IMG/VR virus record: IMGVR_UViG_3300025108_004223
Location: 32,001 to 96,000 of that record
DNA length: 64,000 nucleotides
Direction: 5' to 3' (one strand)
DNA from: a virus
Of this stretch, positions 1 to 10,003 are shown piece by piece. Below the pieces are notes generated by a model, which was given only the letters and a program-made list of their open reading frames with translations, searched no databases and was not told the origin of the DNA. A program made the translations under genes and the position numbers. Positions within the stretch are counted from its first letter, which is position 1, and every line of letters starts with the position of its first letter.

Positions 1-185
1 TAGATAGATGTCATTGGATGCGTGAAAAAGAATGGCAGCTTATTGATGTGATAGAACCAGTCTATAGAAAAAGTAATATATTGATACAGGTAGATCTTGT
101 TTTTGTAAGACAAGATACATTTAAAATCGTAGAACGTGAGTGTTGGTTTGAAACACCTGATACTGACTATAGAATAAATACGTAA
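1..185 (+). CDS. Partial CDS (3' end), possibly FkbM-family methyltransferase
   Basis: Open frame from 3 to TAA 183-185: DRCHWMREKEWQLIDVIEPVYRKSNILIQVDLVFVRQ...; 'L.Q.DLVFV' resembles FkbM C-termini. Confidence 0.4.
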   Translation, partial: DRCHWMREKEWQLIDVIEPVYRKSNILIQVDLVFVRQDTFKIVERECWFETPDTDYRINT

Positions 186-201
186 TATAAGAGGAAAATA
201 A

Positions 202-840
202 ATGAAAAATGTAAAAGGTGTAATACCAGAACCAAAAGAACAACCGGCACTACCACCTCCACCACCTATGCCTACTCCGCCAATTCCACCTAAACAACCA
301 GGTGACTATTTGCGTGAGAATGGTGTATTGCATATGGAAGATGAATTCAATCAAAAAAATTGTATGCCTTTAGTTAAGATGATTATGGAATATAATTTAA
401 TGCCTGCAGATAAGGCACCTAGTATTATTCATTTATACATCAATAGTCCAGGCGGACTTATTGATAGTTGTATGCATCTTATTGATGTTGTAAAACAGTC
501 ACGCATTCCAGTTTATACATACGGAATGGGCTCAATTGCATCGTGTGGCGTTATGCTTATGATGGCAGGCGCAAAAGGACATAGATATCTCACACAAAAT
601 ACCGCAGTTATGAGTCATGAGTTCAGTAGCGGCACACGTGGACAATATCACAGTATGGTTGAAAGCCGTAAGCATATGGATTGGACTAATGAGAAATTGT
701 TGGAACACTACATTAAATGCACAGGTAAAAAAGAACCATACATTCGTAAACACTTACTTAAACCAAAAACAGACCATTGGCTGACTCCAGAGGAAGCAGT
801 TAAGCATGGTATTGCTGATGAAGTTATAGAGTCTTACTAA
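202..840 (+). CDS. clpP: ClpP-like protease subunit with Pro-rich N-terminus
   Basis: LYINSPGG, GSIASCG (catalytic Ser), MSHE (His), WLTPEEAVKHGIADEVI; RBS GAGG upstream. Confidence 0.9.
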   Translation: MKNVKGVIPEPKEQPALPPPPPMPTPPIPPKQPGDYLRENGVLHMEDEFNQKNCMPLVKMIMEYNLMPADKAPSIIHLYINSPGGLIDSCMHLIDVVKQSRIPVYTYGMGSIASCGVMLMMAGAKGHRYLTQNTAVMSHEFSSGTRGQYHSMVESRKHMDWTNEKLLEHYIKCTGKKEPYIRKHLLKPKTDHWLTPEEAVKHGIADEVIESY

Positions 841-841
841 A

Positions 842-2221
842 GTGGGCCAACTGAGAAATCCAAATCTCGAAGAAATGAAACGAGAACTCGATAATATGGG
901 ATTCAACTCAGAGACCTTTTGCACAGCTCCATACATCAGTATTGACTTAGATCAAGATGGTGCAGTATACACTTGTTACCGAGGTAAACAAAACTTAGGT
1001 GGTTGGAAAAAGACTAGTCTTAAAGATAGTTTCAATAGTCCACAAATGCAAAAGATCCGCAGAGACTTATATGATGGCAGACAAAACAAAAACTGTCGTA
1101 GTTGTTGGGCCGCAGAGAAAAAAGGTAGCAACAGTCCAAGAGTGCATTTTTATTATGATTTCATGGATAGATACTATGAAGATAATCCTGAAGGTGCAAA
1201 AGAGTTTCTAGACAAGATTAAAGCAGATCACATTGAAGCAGATATAAGTGGATTAAAACGTGGCGAACTACGTCCAAGTAGTTTATGTAATTTACGTTGT
1301 ATGCATTGTGGCCCACACAGTAGCACTAAGTGGGTAGAAACATTATCTAAAGGTGATAATGCAAAAACCTATATGGAAAACGAAGGCTTAATGGAAAATG
1401 GCAACGGTATTATTGACAATAATATTGTAGAAACAGGACTAACAACATACTACAAAAACACATTAACAAGTGATACAGACTACGAAGAAGATTTACTAGA
1501 AGTTTTAGATTCACTTGAACATTTAAGTTTCACAGGCGGCGAGCCATTACTTACACCAGAGCATCCACGTTACTTACAGCACTTTATTGACAGTGGTAGT
1601 GCAAAAGAAATGTATTTAGAATACAACACAAATCTCAATATTAAGAATATAGAAAGGTTCTTTCCATTATGGGAACACTTTAAGCACTTACATATTAGAG
1701 CAAGTATTGATGCTAGTTTTGATACATATGAATATTTTCGCACATACGGTAAAATTGATTTACTCAAAGAATGTCTACAAAAAATACAAAAGTTTCGTTT
1801 AGATAAAATGGGTGGAAAAAGACGTATGAAAATTAATGCTACAGTAACACATAATATGTTTAGTGCATTGCGTTGGAAAGATCTTACAAAAGATTGGACA
1901 TCACATGATGTAGCATTTCACGTAAGTTTAATTATTGATCATCCTGTAAGTGTTATATACATGCCAAAAGAATTACGTGAAAAAGCAGTTGCAGAAATGC
2001 AATGGTGCTATGACAATATAGAACAATACACAGATGATGAAGACTATGTAGAAATATATAGACATCACACTGAGCAGTGTATCAAATATACAGCAGAACA
2101 AGATTACGATGGTGATAAGTTTCCTGAGCAAACTATAAAATACATCGACTTCTGTGATAAAGCCAGTGGTAAAAGCTACAAGGATTATTTTCCAGAATTA
2201 GTAAAGTATATAGATGGATAA
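842..2221 (+). CDS. Radical SAM protein with N-terminal twitch/SPASM-like domain
   Basis: CNLRCMHC, FTGGEP, YNTN; N-terminal FCTAPY...TCY...CRSC; GTG start. Confidence 0.88.
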   Translation: MGQLRNPNLEEMKRELDNMGFNSETFCTAPYISIDLDQDGAVYTCYRGKQNLGGWKKTSLKDSFNSPQMQKIRRDLYDGRQNKNCRSCWAAEKKGSNSPRVHFYYDFMDRYYEDNPEGAKEFLDKIKADHIEADISGLKRGELRPSSLCNLRCMHCGPHSSTKWVETLSKGDNAKTYMENEGLMENGNGIIDNNIVETGLTTYYKNTLTSDTDYEEDLLEVLDSLEHLSFTGGEPLLTPEHPRYLQHFIDSGSAKEMYLEYNTNLNIKNIERFFPLWEHFKHLHIRASIDASFDTYEYFRTYGKIDLLKECLQKIQKFRLDKMGGKRRMKINATVTHNMFSALRWKDLTKDWTSHDVAFHVSLIIDHPVSVIYMPKELREKAVAEMQWCYDNIEQYTDDEDYVEIYRHHTEQCIKYTAEQDYDGDKFPEQTIKYIDFCDKASGKSYKDYFPELVKYIDG

Positions 2222-2603
2222 AAGTTTAATACAAGAAATGCCTATTGTGATGTTAAAGCAATGGGCAAATCCATATTACAGTCCAAACGACGACTTGGCT
2301 CTTATGCAAGATATAATGGAAAATGGAATACAAGATCCTATTATATTAAGTATAGGTGTGTGGAGTAGGAAAGTTAGACTAGATACTGGCAATCATAGAA
2401 TATACTTAGCACCACGTTTAGGAATGACACACTTACCAGTAATGTGTAAAGTATGGAACTATTGTGCGTTTAGTAACAGCAATGGCGACCACAGTTTTGA
2501 CTGCGAACATATAACTGCTAAAAAAGAATGGATAGAAGAAGGATACTTTGCTAAGCCAAGCGAAGTATTAGATATAATGACACTACTAACAAACACACTA
2601 TAA
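2214..2603 (+). CDS. ParB/Srx-like domain protein
   Basis: LMQDIMENGIQDPIIL...DTGNHR..A..LG...LPV pattern. Confidence 0.6.
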   Translation: MDKSLIQEMPIVMLKQWANPYYSPNDDLALMQDIMENGIQDPIILSIGVWSRKVRLDTGNHRIYLAPRLGMTHLPVMCKVWNYCAFSNSNGDHSFDCEHITAKKEWIEEGYFAKPSEVLDIMTLLTNTL

Positions 2604-3106
2604 TGGAGATAAAGTTGAAATCAATTAAAGACACATATGCAGATTTTTTCAAATGGGTTAAAGGCACAGAGCTTGTAGAACTAGAAAATATTAATGTAGA
2701 TGAAGATCCAGTAAGACCGGAATTAAGTCTTGAATGGCGTAAAACAAATGGGCGTAAAATCTATGGATTAAAATATCAAGATACAATAGAAGGTATTGTT
2801 TGTGTAGCATTTACCAATGATATACCTACTACCGTTAAAGAGCTAGAACTCATGAGCGAAAATGCTAGTTTAAAAAATGATTTTAATACCGCAGTTGCAT
2901 ATACTGTATGGTCACGCAAACGAGGTGCAGGCAAAGAAATAATTCACAAACTATTAAATCATGTAAAATCAAACGAAGAGATTAAAACAGTAGTTACATT
3001 GTCACCTTTAACACCAATGGCAACACACTTTCATATTAAAAACGGTGCTAAACTAAAACAAATTAGTGCTGAAACACAAAACTTTGAATATAAGATTAAC
3101 ACTTGA
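2603..3106 (+). CDS. Conserved phage protein, putative GNAT fold
   Basis: YTVWS..RGAG, VTLSP..MA..FH..NGA motifs as in T4-like marine phage proteins. Confidence 0.5.
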   Translation: MEIKLKSIKDTYADFFKWVKGTELVELENINVDEDPVRPELSLEWRKTNGRKIYGLKYQDTIEGIVCVAFTNDIPTTVKELELMSENASLKNDFNTAVAYTVWSRKRGAGKEIIHKLLNHVKSNEEIKTVVTLSPLTPMATHFHIKNGAKLKQISAETQNFEYKINT

Positions 3107-3130
3107 CAAATGGGTAAAATCATATATAAT
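3103..3130 (+). promoter_or_regulatory. sigma70-type promoter
   Basis: TTGACA 3103-3108, 16 nt, TATAAT 3125-3130. Confidence 0.7.
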
Positions 3131-3162
3131 AGTAAGATAAAGACAGAAATACGGAGAACAAC

Positions 3163-4086
3163 TTGAAAGACTTATGGGTAGAAAAGTATCGACCGACTAA
3201 TGTTGGCGAGTATGTATTTAAAGATGATTCACAGCGTAAGCAAGTGCAAAACTGGATTGACGATGGTGGCATTCCACACTTGTTGTTTAGTGGTAGTCCA
3301 GGCACAGGTAAAACAACATTAGCAAAAGTTCTTATTGCAGAACTAAATGTAGAGAAAGCAGATGTGCTATACATTAACGCCAGTAGAGATAACGGCGTTG
3401 AAATGATTCGTAAACGTATTAGTGCGTTTAGTGAAACTATGCCTTGGGGTGAATTTAAAGTAATCCTACTTGATGAGGCAGACCATATTAGTCCTGAGGG
3501 ACAAGCGGCATTGCGTGGAGTAATGGAACAGTATCATGCAAGTGTTCGCTTTATACTAACATGTAATTATCCTAACATGATTATTCCTGCTTTACACAGC
3601 AGATGTCAAGGCTTCCATATTGAAGAACTTGACCATACCGATTTCACAGTGCGTGTAGGAGAGATCCTGGCACAAAATGCAGTTCAATTTGATATTGAGA
3701 CCTTAGACGCAATGGTCCGTGCAAATTATCCTGACTTACGTAAAACTATTAACACAGTGCAAATGAGTATTGTGGATAATAAACTCGTGATGCCCGATGA
3801 TGGTGGTAGCACAAGCGAGTGGCGATTAGCTATGGTTGAGCTATTTCGCAGTGGTAAGATTCAAGATGCACGTAAACTCATAATTAAATCTGCACGTGCT
3901 GATGAGTATACCGATATATTTACTTGGCTTTACAAGAATTTAGATCTTTATACAAAGAATGACTTTCAATACGATAGTTGTGTGTTAGCAATTCGAGAAG
4001 GTATGATTAAGCACACTCAAGTAGCAGATCCAGAGATCAATCTAAGTGCTACAATGATCGAGTTGGCTAGAACGCTAAATGAGTAG
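3163..4086 (+). CDS. Sliding-clamp loader subunit (gp44/RFC-small-like AAA+)
   Basis: LWVEKYRP, GSPGTGKT, INAS, LLDEAD, QAALR, LHSRC; TTG start after GGAGA. Confidence 0.93.
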   Translation: MKDLWVEKYRPTNVGEYVFKDDSQRKQVQNWIDDGGIPHLLFSGSPGTGKTTLAKVLIAELNVEKADVLYINASRDNGVEMIRKRISAFSETMPWGEFKVILLDEADHISPEGQAALRGVMEQYHASVRFILTCNYPNMIIPALHSRCQGFHIEELDHTDFTVRVGEILAQNAVQFDIETLDAMVRANYPDLRKTINTVQMSIVDNKLVMPDDGGSTSEWRLAMVELFRSGKIQDARKLIIKSARADEYTDIFTWLYKNLDLYTKNDFQYDSCVLAIREGMIKHTQVADPEINLSATMIELARTLNE

Positions 4087-5134
4087 TTTAGAAAACCTCA
4101 TATTACCTGTAACATTTAATAATTGGAATACATACTCATATAGTCCAAGAGTCAATAAGGTAATAGGTCTTAGTTCAAACATGGGTGCAATGCCTACTAG
4201 TCCTTTAAGCCAATTACATCCACAATATTTTTATGATAGCAATGGTAACCCTATTGATTTACTTGATCGTTGCAAAGAAATTGACGGCAGTGCTGACTTA
4301 GAATCAGACTTAATCAAAATGCTCGAAGATGTAAAAGATATAGAAAATGAACCCATTCTCGATAGTCAATTTAATTTTACATTACCTCATGCTTTTCAAT
4401 ATGCACAAGCAAAAGATATTTCAGTAAGAAAATTTAGTATACACTATGCAGATAGTTTATGGATGGGATTACTTGACTACAAAACAAATACAAGATTTGA
4501 TCCAGATGTTACAAACTTTACATATAAAAGCAATATAAATGATATTGACTTGCTACTCAACGAGCACTTAGATCAACACATAAATTTAATAGGCACCGAC
4601 AACTATTTGTTAGCTATTATAGATGAACTAGCATTACGAAGAAATGAACAAGTTAACGAAGGTGATGCATGTGATTATTTCCTAAACAAGCCTTTTAGAA
4701 TGTTAATATTAGCTGCAGAACATGGCATAAATTATATTATGGAAAATGGATTAGAAGTTTATAAAGATCAATTATATACAGGATACATAGTAGAACGTCC
4801 AAGTAGACAAGAAGTTCCATACATTTATACAACTAGATTGTTTGATAATAGATATGCTGAGAAGTCAGCAATGGCATATGAAAAAATGTGTGAACGCATA
4901 GATATAAAACCTAACTGGAACTTGTTTGAAGAATGGCATCATCACAATTTTAAAGACTGTAATACCCATGAAGATAATCTAGTAAATACTATCAGTAGGA
5001 TATCAACCGGATATGATTTTACTAAAGCAAATTGGAATTACTTCCAACAAGCAGTATTTGAATTAGGATGCAAACAACATACAGATGAAGCCAGCAGTAG
5101 CGTTTTTAAGAAATGGATCAACAATAGAAGGTAG
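4079..5134 (+). CDS. Hypothetical protein (351 aa)
   Basis: Long ORF overlapping the upstream stop; no recognisable motif. Confidence 0.7.
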   Translation: MSSLENLILPVTFNNWNTYSYSPRVNKVIGLSSNMGAMPTSPLSQLHPQYFYDSNGNPIDLLDRCKEIDGSADLESDLIKMLEDVKDIENEPILDSQFNFTLPHAFQYAQAKDISVRKFSIHYADSLWMGLLDYKTNTRFDPDVTNFTYKSNINDIDLLLNEHLDQHINLIGTDNYLLAIIDELALRRNEQVNEGDACDYFLNKPFRMLILAAEHGINYIMENGLEVYKDQLYTGYIVERPSRQEVPYIYTTRLFDNRYAEKSAMAYEKMCERIDIKPNWNLFEEWHHHNFKDCNTHEDNLVNTISRISTGYDFTKANWNYFQQAVFELGCKQHTDEASSSVFKKWINNRR

Positions 5135-5327
5135 AGAAGTATTCCTAGTAACAATGCTAGGCAAAAACTTTATTGATTTAGATCTAGACACAGCAACAAT
5201 TGTTCCACGTGGTAATATATCTACCAGCACCGAACAATATCTTTCAGAAAAAATAAACCAGATGGTATCGGCTTATATATTTCTCGACTCAAAAGAAGCA
5301 ATGTTATTTAGAATTAAGTATACTTAA
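5085..5327 (+). CDS. Hypothetical small protein (C-terminal F..x.EAMLF motif)
   Basis: Ends FLDSKEAMLFRIKYT, like ORF 47137; start uncertain. Confidence 0.55.
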   Translation: MKPAVAFLRNGSTIEGREVFLVTMLGKNFIDLDLDTATIVPRGNISTSTEQYLSEKINQMVSAYIFLDSKEAMLFRIKYT

Positions 5328-5343
5328 CACCTGCACCAGTAAC

Positions 5344-5351
5344 GATAAATA
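5344..5351 (+). promoter_or_regulatory. T4-type late promoter-like motif
   Basis: GATAAATA(C) in the intergenic gap before the ExbB-like gene; similar motifs at 173-180 and 12060-12067. Confidence 0.45.
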
Positions 5352-5430
5352 CTTGTAGCAATACAAAAGAATAATACTAGGGGTATTTGTTAAGTTTTGA
5401 GTTGCACATATTAAAAAAGGAAACATTAGG

Positions 5431-5874
5431 ATGAATACTCGGTTTATGATATGGTGGCTTGCTGCCGTGATACAGATTATTGGTGTAGGAGTTGCAATAG
5501 GTTTTGGCGCAGTAGATTTTTTACTAGAAGCTGATCAGACTTATTTAAGTTTTGTAACTACAACATTATGGATTATTGGAACAATAGCAATTGGCTATAC
5601 TTCGTGGCGCAAAGATAACAATTACGACTCACCCTGGTTTATAGCAGAAAGTTGTATTAGTGTCGGAATGATCGGAACACTAATTGGATTTATGTTGATG
5701 TTAAGTAGCAGTCTTGGTAATGTAGATCCAAGCAATATGGATTCAATGAAACAAGTAATTAGTGATATGGCAAGTGGTATGAGCACAGCACTTGTAACAA
5801 CGCTTTCGGGATTAGTGTTTAGCTTATTCCTTAAGATACAGATTACAATTCAAGAACACAATATGGTAGATTAA
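5431..5874 (+). CDS. MotA/TolQ/ExbB-family proton channel protein
   Basis: About 4 TM segments; GMIGTLIGF and GMSTALVTTLSGL motifs. Confidence 0.8.
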   Translation: MNTRFMIWWLAAVIQIIGVGVAIGFGAVDFLLEADQTYLSFVTTTLWIIGTIAIGYTSWRKDNNYDSPWFIAESCISVGMIGTLIGFMLMLSSSLGNVDPSNMDSMKQVISDMASGMSTALVTTLSGLVFSLFLKIQITIQEHNMVD

Positions 5875-5877
5875 AAC

Positions 5878-6531
5878 ATGTCAAGAAGAAGAAGTGGCAA
5901 CCAGCTTGCATTTAACGACATGCTTTTTAACGTATTACTAGGATTTGTAGTCCTTTTCGTTATTGCATTTTTGTTAATTAACCCGATCACTAAAAAACAA
6001 GATGTGCCATCAAAAGCAGAAACTATGATCATAATGGAATGGGATGATCAAAGTTATACCGATATGGATTTATGGATTCAACGTGATGATAATAGTCCTG
6101 TAGGATTTAACAATAAATCAGGCCAAGGTATGAATTTAGAACGTGACGACTTGGGATCTACAAATGATAGATTTTATGTTGATGGACAAGTTCAAACTAT
6201 TAAAACAAACAGAGAAGTTGTAAATGTTAGAGGTATCGTTCCAGGTGATTATTATCCAAACATACACGCTTATAATTGGTCTGACCAACAACCTTTAGAA
6301 ATTACAGTAACAGTAATTGATGTTAATCCAGTTTATAGAGAAGTATATTCTGTGAAAGTGATGGTAAGTAAACGCGGTGATGTTGTAAGATTACCAGGAT
6401 TTACAATTGATGACAAAGGTCGTATTAGTAAAGTCTTTAATCATACAAAAACTGTAGTTCCAAATAGAGGTAGAACAAGCGATGCACAAGGCACAACATG
6501 GGGACAAAATAGCGGTCAAAGTAGTGAGTAG
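5878..6531 (+). CDS. ExbD/MotB-like partner (single TM with conserved Asp) plus soluble domain
   Basis: AFNDMLFNVLLGFVVLF directly downstream of the MotA-like gene. Confidence 0.65.
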   Translation: MSRRRSGNQLAFNDMLFNVLLGFVVLFVIAFLLINPITKKQDVPSKAETMIIMEWDDQSYTDMDLWIQRDDNSPVGFNNKSGQGMNLERDDLGSTNDRFYVDGQVQTIKTNREVVNVRGIVPGDYYPNIHAYNWSDQQPLEITVTVIDVNPVYREVYSVKVMVSKRGDVVRLPGFTIDDKGRISKVFNHTKTVVPNRGRTSDAQGTTWGQNSGQSSE

Positions 6532-6532
6532 C

Positions 6533-7789
6533 ATGCAATATATTATTGATAATATAAAAAATGCAGACTCTAAAATTGTAAACGATGTAACTATACTAGA
6601 GTTTGAAAATTTTTTCCCTCCAGAACACTTAGAACAATTAATATGGGCAACAAAGCAAACACACTTAATTGATGATGCAGAACCAGTATCCGGTTTTAAA
6701 CCTAGTGCATACGGCTTTGATAAATTACTTGATAAAGAATTATTTAGAAATATCAGCAAACAGTTTAAAAGCGAAGAATTTAAAACAACATTATTAAATA
6801 AATTTCAACTACATGATGTAGAATATTGCCAAAAGCATTTAGATGTTGATATAAGCATACACACAGATCAAGGACATCAATTTGATGATGCACACTCTGA
6901 TCAAAAGAACAATTTATTTTCATTAACCTTACAAGTATATCTACCCGAAACAGATGCAGATGCTGAATACGGAACTATATTCTACGACAACAAAGGCAAT
7001 GAACTATATCTAAGAGAATTTAAAAACAATACAGGTTATTGTTTCTTATCACACAACAACAGTTGGCATGCAGGAAAGCCTGGAATTAAACGTAATAGTT
7101 TTTTTGTAAGAATGGATATAAAGCCACACTATGAATTTAGTTCAACTGTATTCAATTACGACTCTACTATAGATACATGTTATCTTATATGGGATAAAGA
7201 CATGGAAGTTCCACGTCATTACACAGACTATTTGCTACAAGTATCTATGCTAAATGCACAAGAGCTTGGCATTGAAAACGTTGTAGTTTCACAAGATCCA
7301 TGGAAAAACAAGTGTGCATTGTTACACAAACTAAAACAACTTGGCTTTAAAAAGGCGTTTGTAGTGCTAGGTGGTGTGCATTGGGATAAAACACACGCAA
7401 TAGATTTTGCACAAGAATTAGACTTAAATGTCAGTGTATGCGGTAGAACAAACTCAGACGATGCTACACACCTGCTTAGACAGTATGCAGTAATCAATAT
7501 AAATAGTGTTATAGAATTTGAAACTGAACATCCTACACACTTTCCAAATACATCAAGATACTTTGGAGAATGCGTAGACAACAAAGACTATATTGAGATA
7601 GATGATTCACTGGCAGATATACAACATTTCTATCACATGGAAGAAGATATAGATGAATGTGACACATGGACAAGTTGGATTAGATGGTCAGATACATACG
7701 AACACGCAGATATAGATTATTTACGTAGATATAAAGAAAACAATAAGTCATTGGTAGCACTGACAAAATCAATGCACAAAGGATTATAA
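6533..7789 (+). CDS. Fe(II)/2OG oxygenase domain fused to an unknown C-terminal domain
   Basis: FENFFP, HSD (HxD), LQVYLP, GT..YD, SWHAG..RNS; start moved to ATG 6533 after the upstream stop. Confidence 0.7.
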   Translation: MQYIIDNIKNADSKIVNDVTILEFENFFPPEHLEQLIWATKQTHLIDDAEPVSGFKPSAYGFDKLLDKELFRNISKQFKSEEFKTTLLNKFQLHDVEYCQKHLDVDISIHTDQGHQFDDAHSDQKNNLFSLTLQVYLPETDADAEYGTIFYDNKGNELYLREFKNNTGYCFLSHNNSWHAGKPGIKRNSFFVRMDIKPHYEFSSTVFNYDSTIDTCYLIWDKDMEVPRHYTDYLLQVSMLNAQELGIENVVVSQDPWKNKCALLHKLKQLGFKKAFVVLGGVHWDKTHAIDFAQELDLNVSVCGRTNSDDATHLLRQYAVININSVIEFETEHPTHFPNTSRYFGECVDNKDYIEIDDSLADIQHFYHMEEDIDECDTWTSWIRWSDTYEHADIDYLRRYKENNKSLVALTKSMHKGL

Positions 7790-7790
7790 T

Positions 7791-8330
7791 ATGGTTTACT
7801 TAGCCGCAACATTAATTTTTATAACAAGTGTAATTACACTCTATGCTCTTATTTTAAATAAGAAGAACCCTATAGTTATGTTGTTCTTAATTCCAGCATT
7901 ACTGACATCAAGTATATATACTGGTTACTCGATTTATGTATTACAAGGAACACCTATTTCAACAGGATTGCCAACTGATACACAAGTTGAAATTGTATGG
8001 ATTGAACCTGCTAAACCAGTTATACGTTTATTACTAAGAATAGAAGGCGAGGAAACTCCTACATATTATAGTATAGATTATACAGAAAAGAATATGGAAG
8101 AATTAAACAGGGCAATGGCACAAGCAGCCGCATTAGGCAAAGAAGGTCCAGATGGTGAATTCAAAAAAAGCAACGGTGGTGAAGAATCTAATGGTGAATT
8201 CTTCTTTGTGCAAAAACCAAAATCATTTGGTCCAGCAAAAAAACAAGAAGACAATGATGATGATCCATATTCTGAAGAAAACACACTAGAACGTAATGGC
8301 ATGAGCACTGGTCATTCCGGTCAATACTAA
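7791..8330 (+). CDS. Hypothetical membrane protein (2 N-terminal TM)
   Basis: Two hydrophobic segments followed by a soluble acidic domain. Confidence 0.7.
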   Translation: MVYLAATLIFITSVITLYALILNKKNPIVMLFLIPALLTSSIYTGYSIYVLQGTPISTGLPTDTQVEIVWIEPAKPVIRLLLRIEGEETPTYYSIDYTEKNMEELNRAMAQAAALGKEGPDGEFKKSNGGEESNGEFFFVQKPKSFGPAKKQEDNDDDPYSEENTLERNGMSTGHSGQY

Positions 8331-8345
8331 AATGAAATAATACCA

Positions 8346-8373
8346 TTGACAAATATAGCAGATCTGCTATAAT
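8346..8373 (+). promoter_or_regulatory. sigma70-type promoter (extended -10)
   Basis: TTGACA 8346-8351, TGCTATAAT ending 8373. Confidence 0.7.
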
Positions 8374-8402
8374 ATAAGTAATAAGCTCTGAATAGGTAAA
8401 AC

Positions 8403-8678
8403 ATGAAAAACGTAATTAATTTTTTTAAGAAAAGCTATGCCAACGACCGCATGGCCTTTTATGCAGAAATAGTAGAAACAACGGTTCTTATTATAGCAAG
8501 TGCAGTATTAAGTTTCACAATATTAGATCCTGCTACAACAATATTCGTTCCACTTTATTTAATAGGCAGTATGTTAGCAGTTTTTAGCACATATAGACGT
8601 GGCAGCAGTGCTATTGTCTTATGTAGTTGGTTTACTGTTATGAACAGTTGGGCATTTATACAATTGTTTGTGCTATGA
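8403..8678 (+). CDS. Small membrane protein
   Basis: 3 hydrophobic segments; ATGA overlap with DHFR. Confidence 0.7.
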   Translation: MKNVINFFKKSYANDRMAFYAEIVETTVLIIASAVLSFTILDPATTIFVPLYLIGSMLAVFSTYRRGSSAIVLCSWFTVMNSWAFIQLFVL

Positions 8679-9151
8679 TTAAAGCAATATTGGCATGTGA
8701 TGATGCGTGGGGCATAGGTAAAGATGGAACGCTACCTTGGCCGCATAATGCCGCAGATCAAAAATGGTTTGCAGATACAACAAAAGGTGATGTTGTTGTA
8801 ATGGGTAGCACAACATGGAAAGACCCTGACATGCCCAAGCCACTACCAGGTAGATATAATGTAGTGGTAACACGTGGTGTAGCCGATGAGGCGCATTGTG
8901 TGGTTCCAATAGATAAAGCTGAAAAACTATTGGTAGAAGATTTAGAGCAAGAAGATGTTTGGATTATTGGCGGGGCTAAACTCGTAAAAGCATTGATGCC
9001 AATAATTGATGAACTATGGTTAAGTAGAATAGTAGGTGTATACGATTGTGATACACACTTACCAGAAGATGATATATTAAAAAACTACAAACTAGTTGAT
9101 GTTGATACTAGTATTAATACGTTAAGTATTGAAAAATGGAGTAAATTATGA
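8675..9151 (+). CDS. folA: Dihydrofolate reductase
   Basis: ILACDDAWGIGKDGTLPW, D..WF, VVMGSTTW, PLPGRYNVVV, IIGGA; start ATG 8675. Confidence 0.93.
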   Translation: MIKAILACDDAWGIGKDGTLPWPHNAADQKWFADTTKGDVVVMGSTTWKDPDMPKPLPGRYNVVVTRGVADEAHCVVPIDKAEKLLVEDLEQEDVWIIGGAKLVKALMPIIDELWLSRIVGVYDCDTHLPEDDILKNYKLVDVDTSINTLSIEKWSKL

Positions 9152-10002
9152 AAACATATTTAAATGCCCTAGGACATATCCTAGCAAATGGTAAAGGCAA
9201 ACAAGACAGAACTGGAACAGGCACAAAAGGTGTGTTTGGATACCAAATGCACTTTGATTTAGAAAAAGGATTTCCTGCCGTAACAACCAAAACACTTGCA
9301 TGGAAAAGTGTTGTAAGTGAACTGTTATGGTTGTTAGAAGGTAGCACAGACGAACGTAGGCTTGCTGAGATACGCTACGGCTTACCACGTGAAGAACTAA
9401 TAGGTAAGACTACTATTTGGACGGCTAATGCAGATCAACAAGGTGTAGCACTTGGATATGAAAACACAGATACTGTTAAAGAACTAGGACCTGTATACGG
9501 CAAGCAATGGCGTGACTGTAATGGTGTAGATCAAATAGCAGAAATCATTGCACAAATTAAAGCTGACCCAGACAGCAGACGCATTATATTAGATTCATGG
9601 AACGTAAACGAAATAGACAAAATGTCACTTCCACCATGTCACACACTTGCACAATTTTATGTAGCAGATGGCAAACTAAGTTGTCAACTGTATCAACGTA
9701 GTGCAGATATGTTCTTAGGCGTTCCATTTAACATTGCAAGTTATAGTTTGCTTACACATATACTTGCAAGTATCACAGGACTAAAAGTAGGCGAGTTTGT
9801 ATGGACAGGAGGCGACTGCCATATTTACAATAACCATTTGTCACAAGTGTTACAACAGATGTCACGTAAGCCTGCTAAAGCACCTATACTAACTATGCCT
9901 GAGTTTAGTTCGTTAGAAGATGTGTTAAATAGTGGCATAGAGGATTATGCATTGGGAAACTACGCACCTCTTCCTACAATTAAAGCAGAAATGGCGGTAT
10001 AA
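9148..10002 (+). CDS. thyA: Thymidylate synthase ThyA (T4 Td-like)
   Basis: RTGTGT, FPAVTTK, ELLW, LGPVYG, LPPCH, YQRSADMFLGVPFNIASY, GDCHIY. Confidence 0.96.
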   Translation: MKTYLNALGHILANGKGKQDRTGTGTKGVFGYQMHFDLEKGFPAVTTKTLAWKSVVSELLWLLEGSTDERRLAEIRYGLPREELIGKTTIWTANADQQGVALGYENTDTVKELGPVYGKQWRDCNGVDQIAEIIAQIKADPDSRRIILDSWNVNEIDKMSLPPCHTLAQFYVADGKLSCQLYQRSADMFLGVPFNIASYSLLTHILASITGLKVGEFVWTGGDCHIYNNHLSQVLQQMSRKPAKAPILTMPEFSSLEDVLNSGIEDYALGNYAPLPTIKAEMAV

Positions 10003-10003
10003 T

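Noticed and set aside
5431-6531. Zorya defence system
   Set aside because: No long ZorA cytoplasmic tail, no OmpA-like ZorB domain and no ZorC/D/E
9148-10002. ThyA as a dCMP/dUMP hydroxymethylase for base hypermodification
   Set aside because: It keeps the FNIASY Asn of dUMP-specific thymidylate synthases and is coupled to DHFR; no hmdU kinase or aGPT-Pplase genes are in the window
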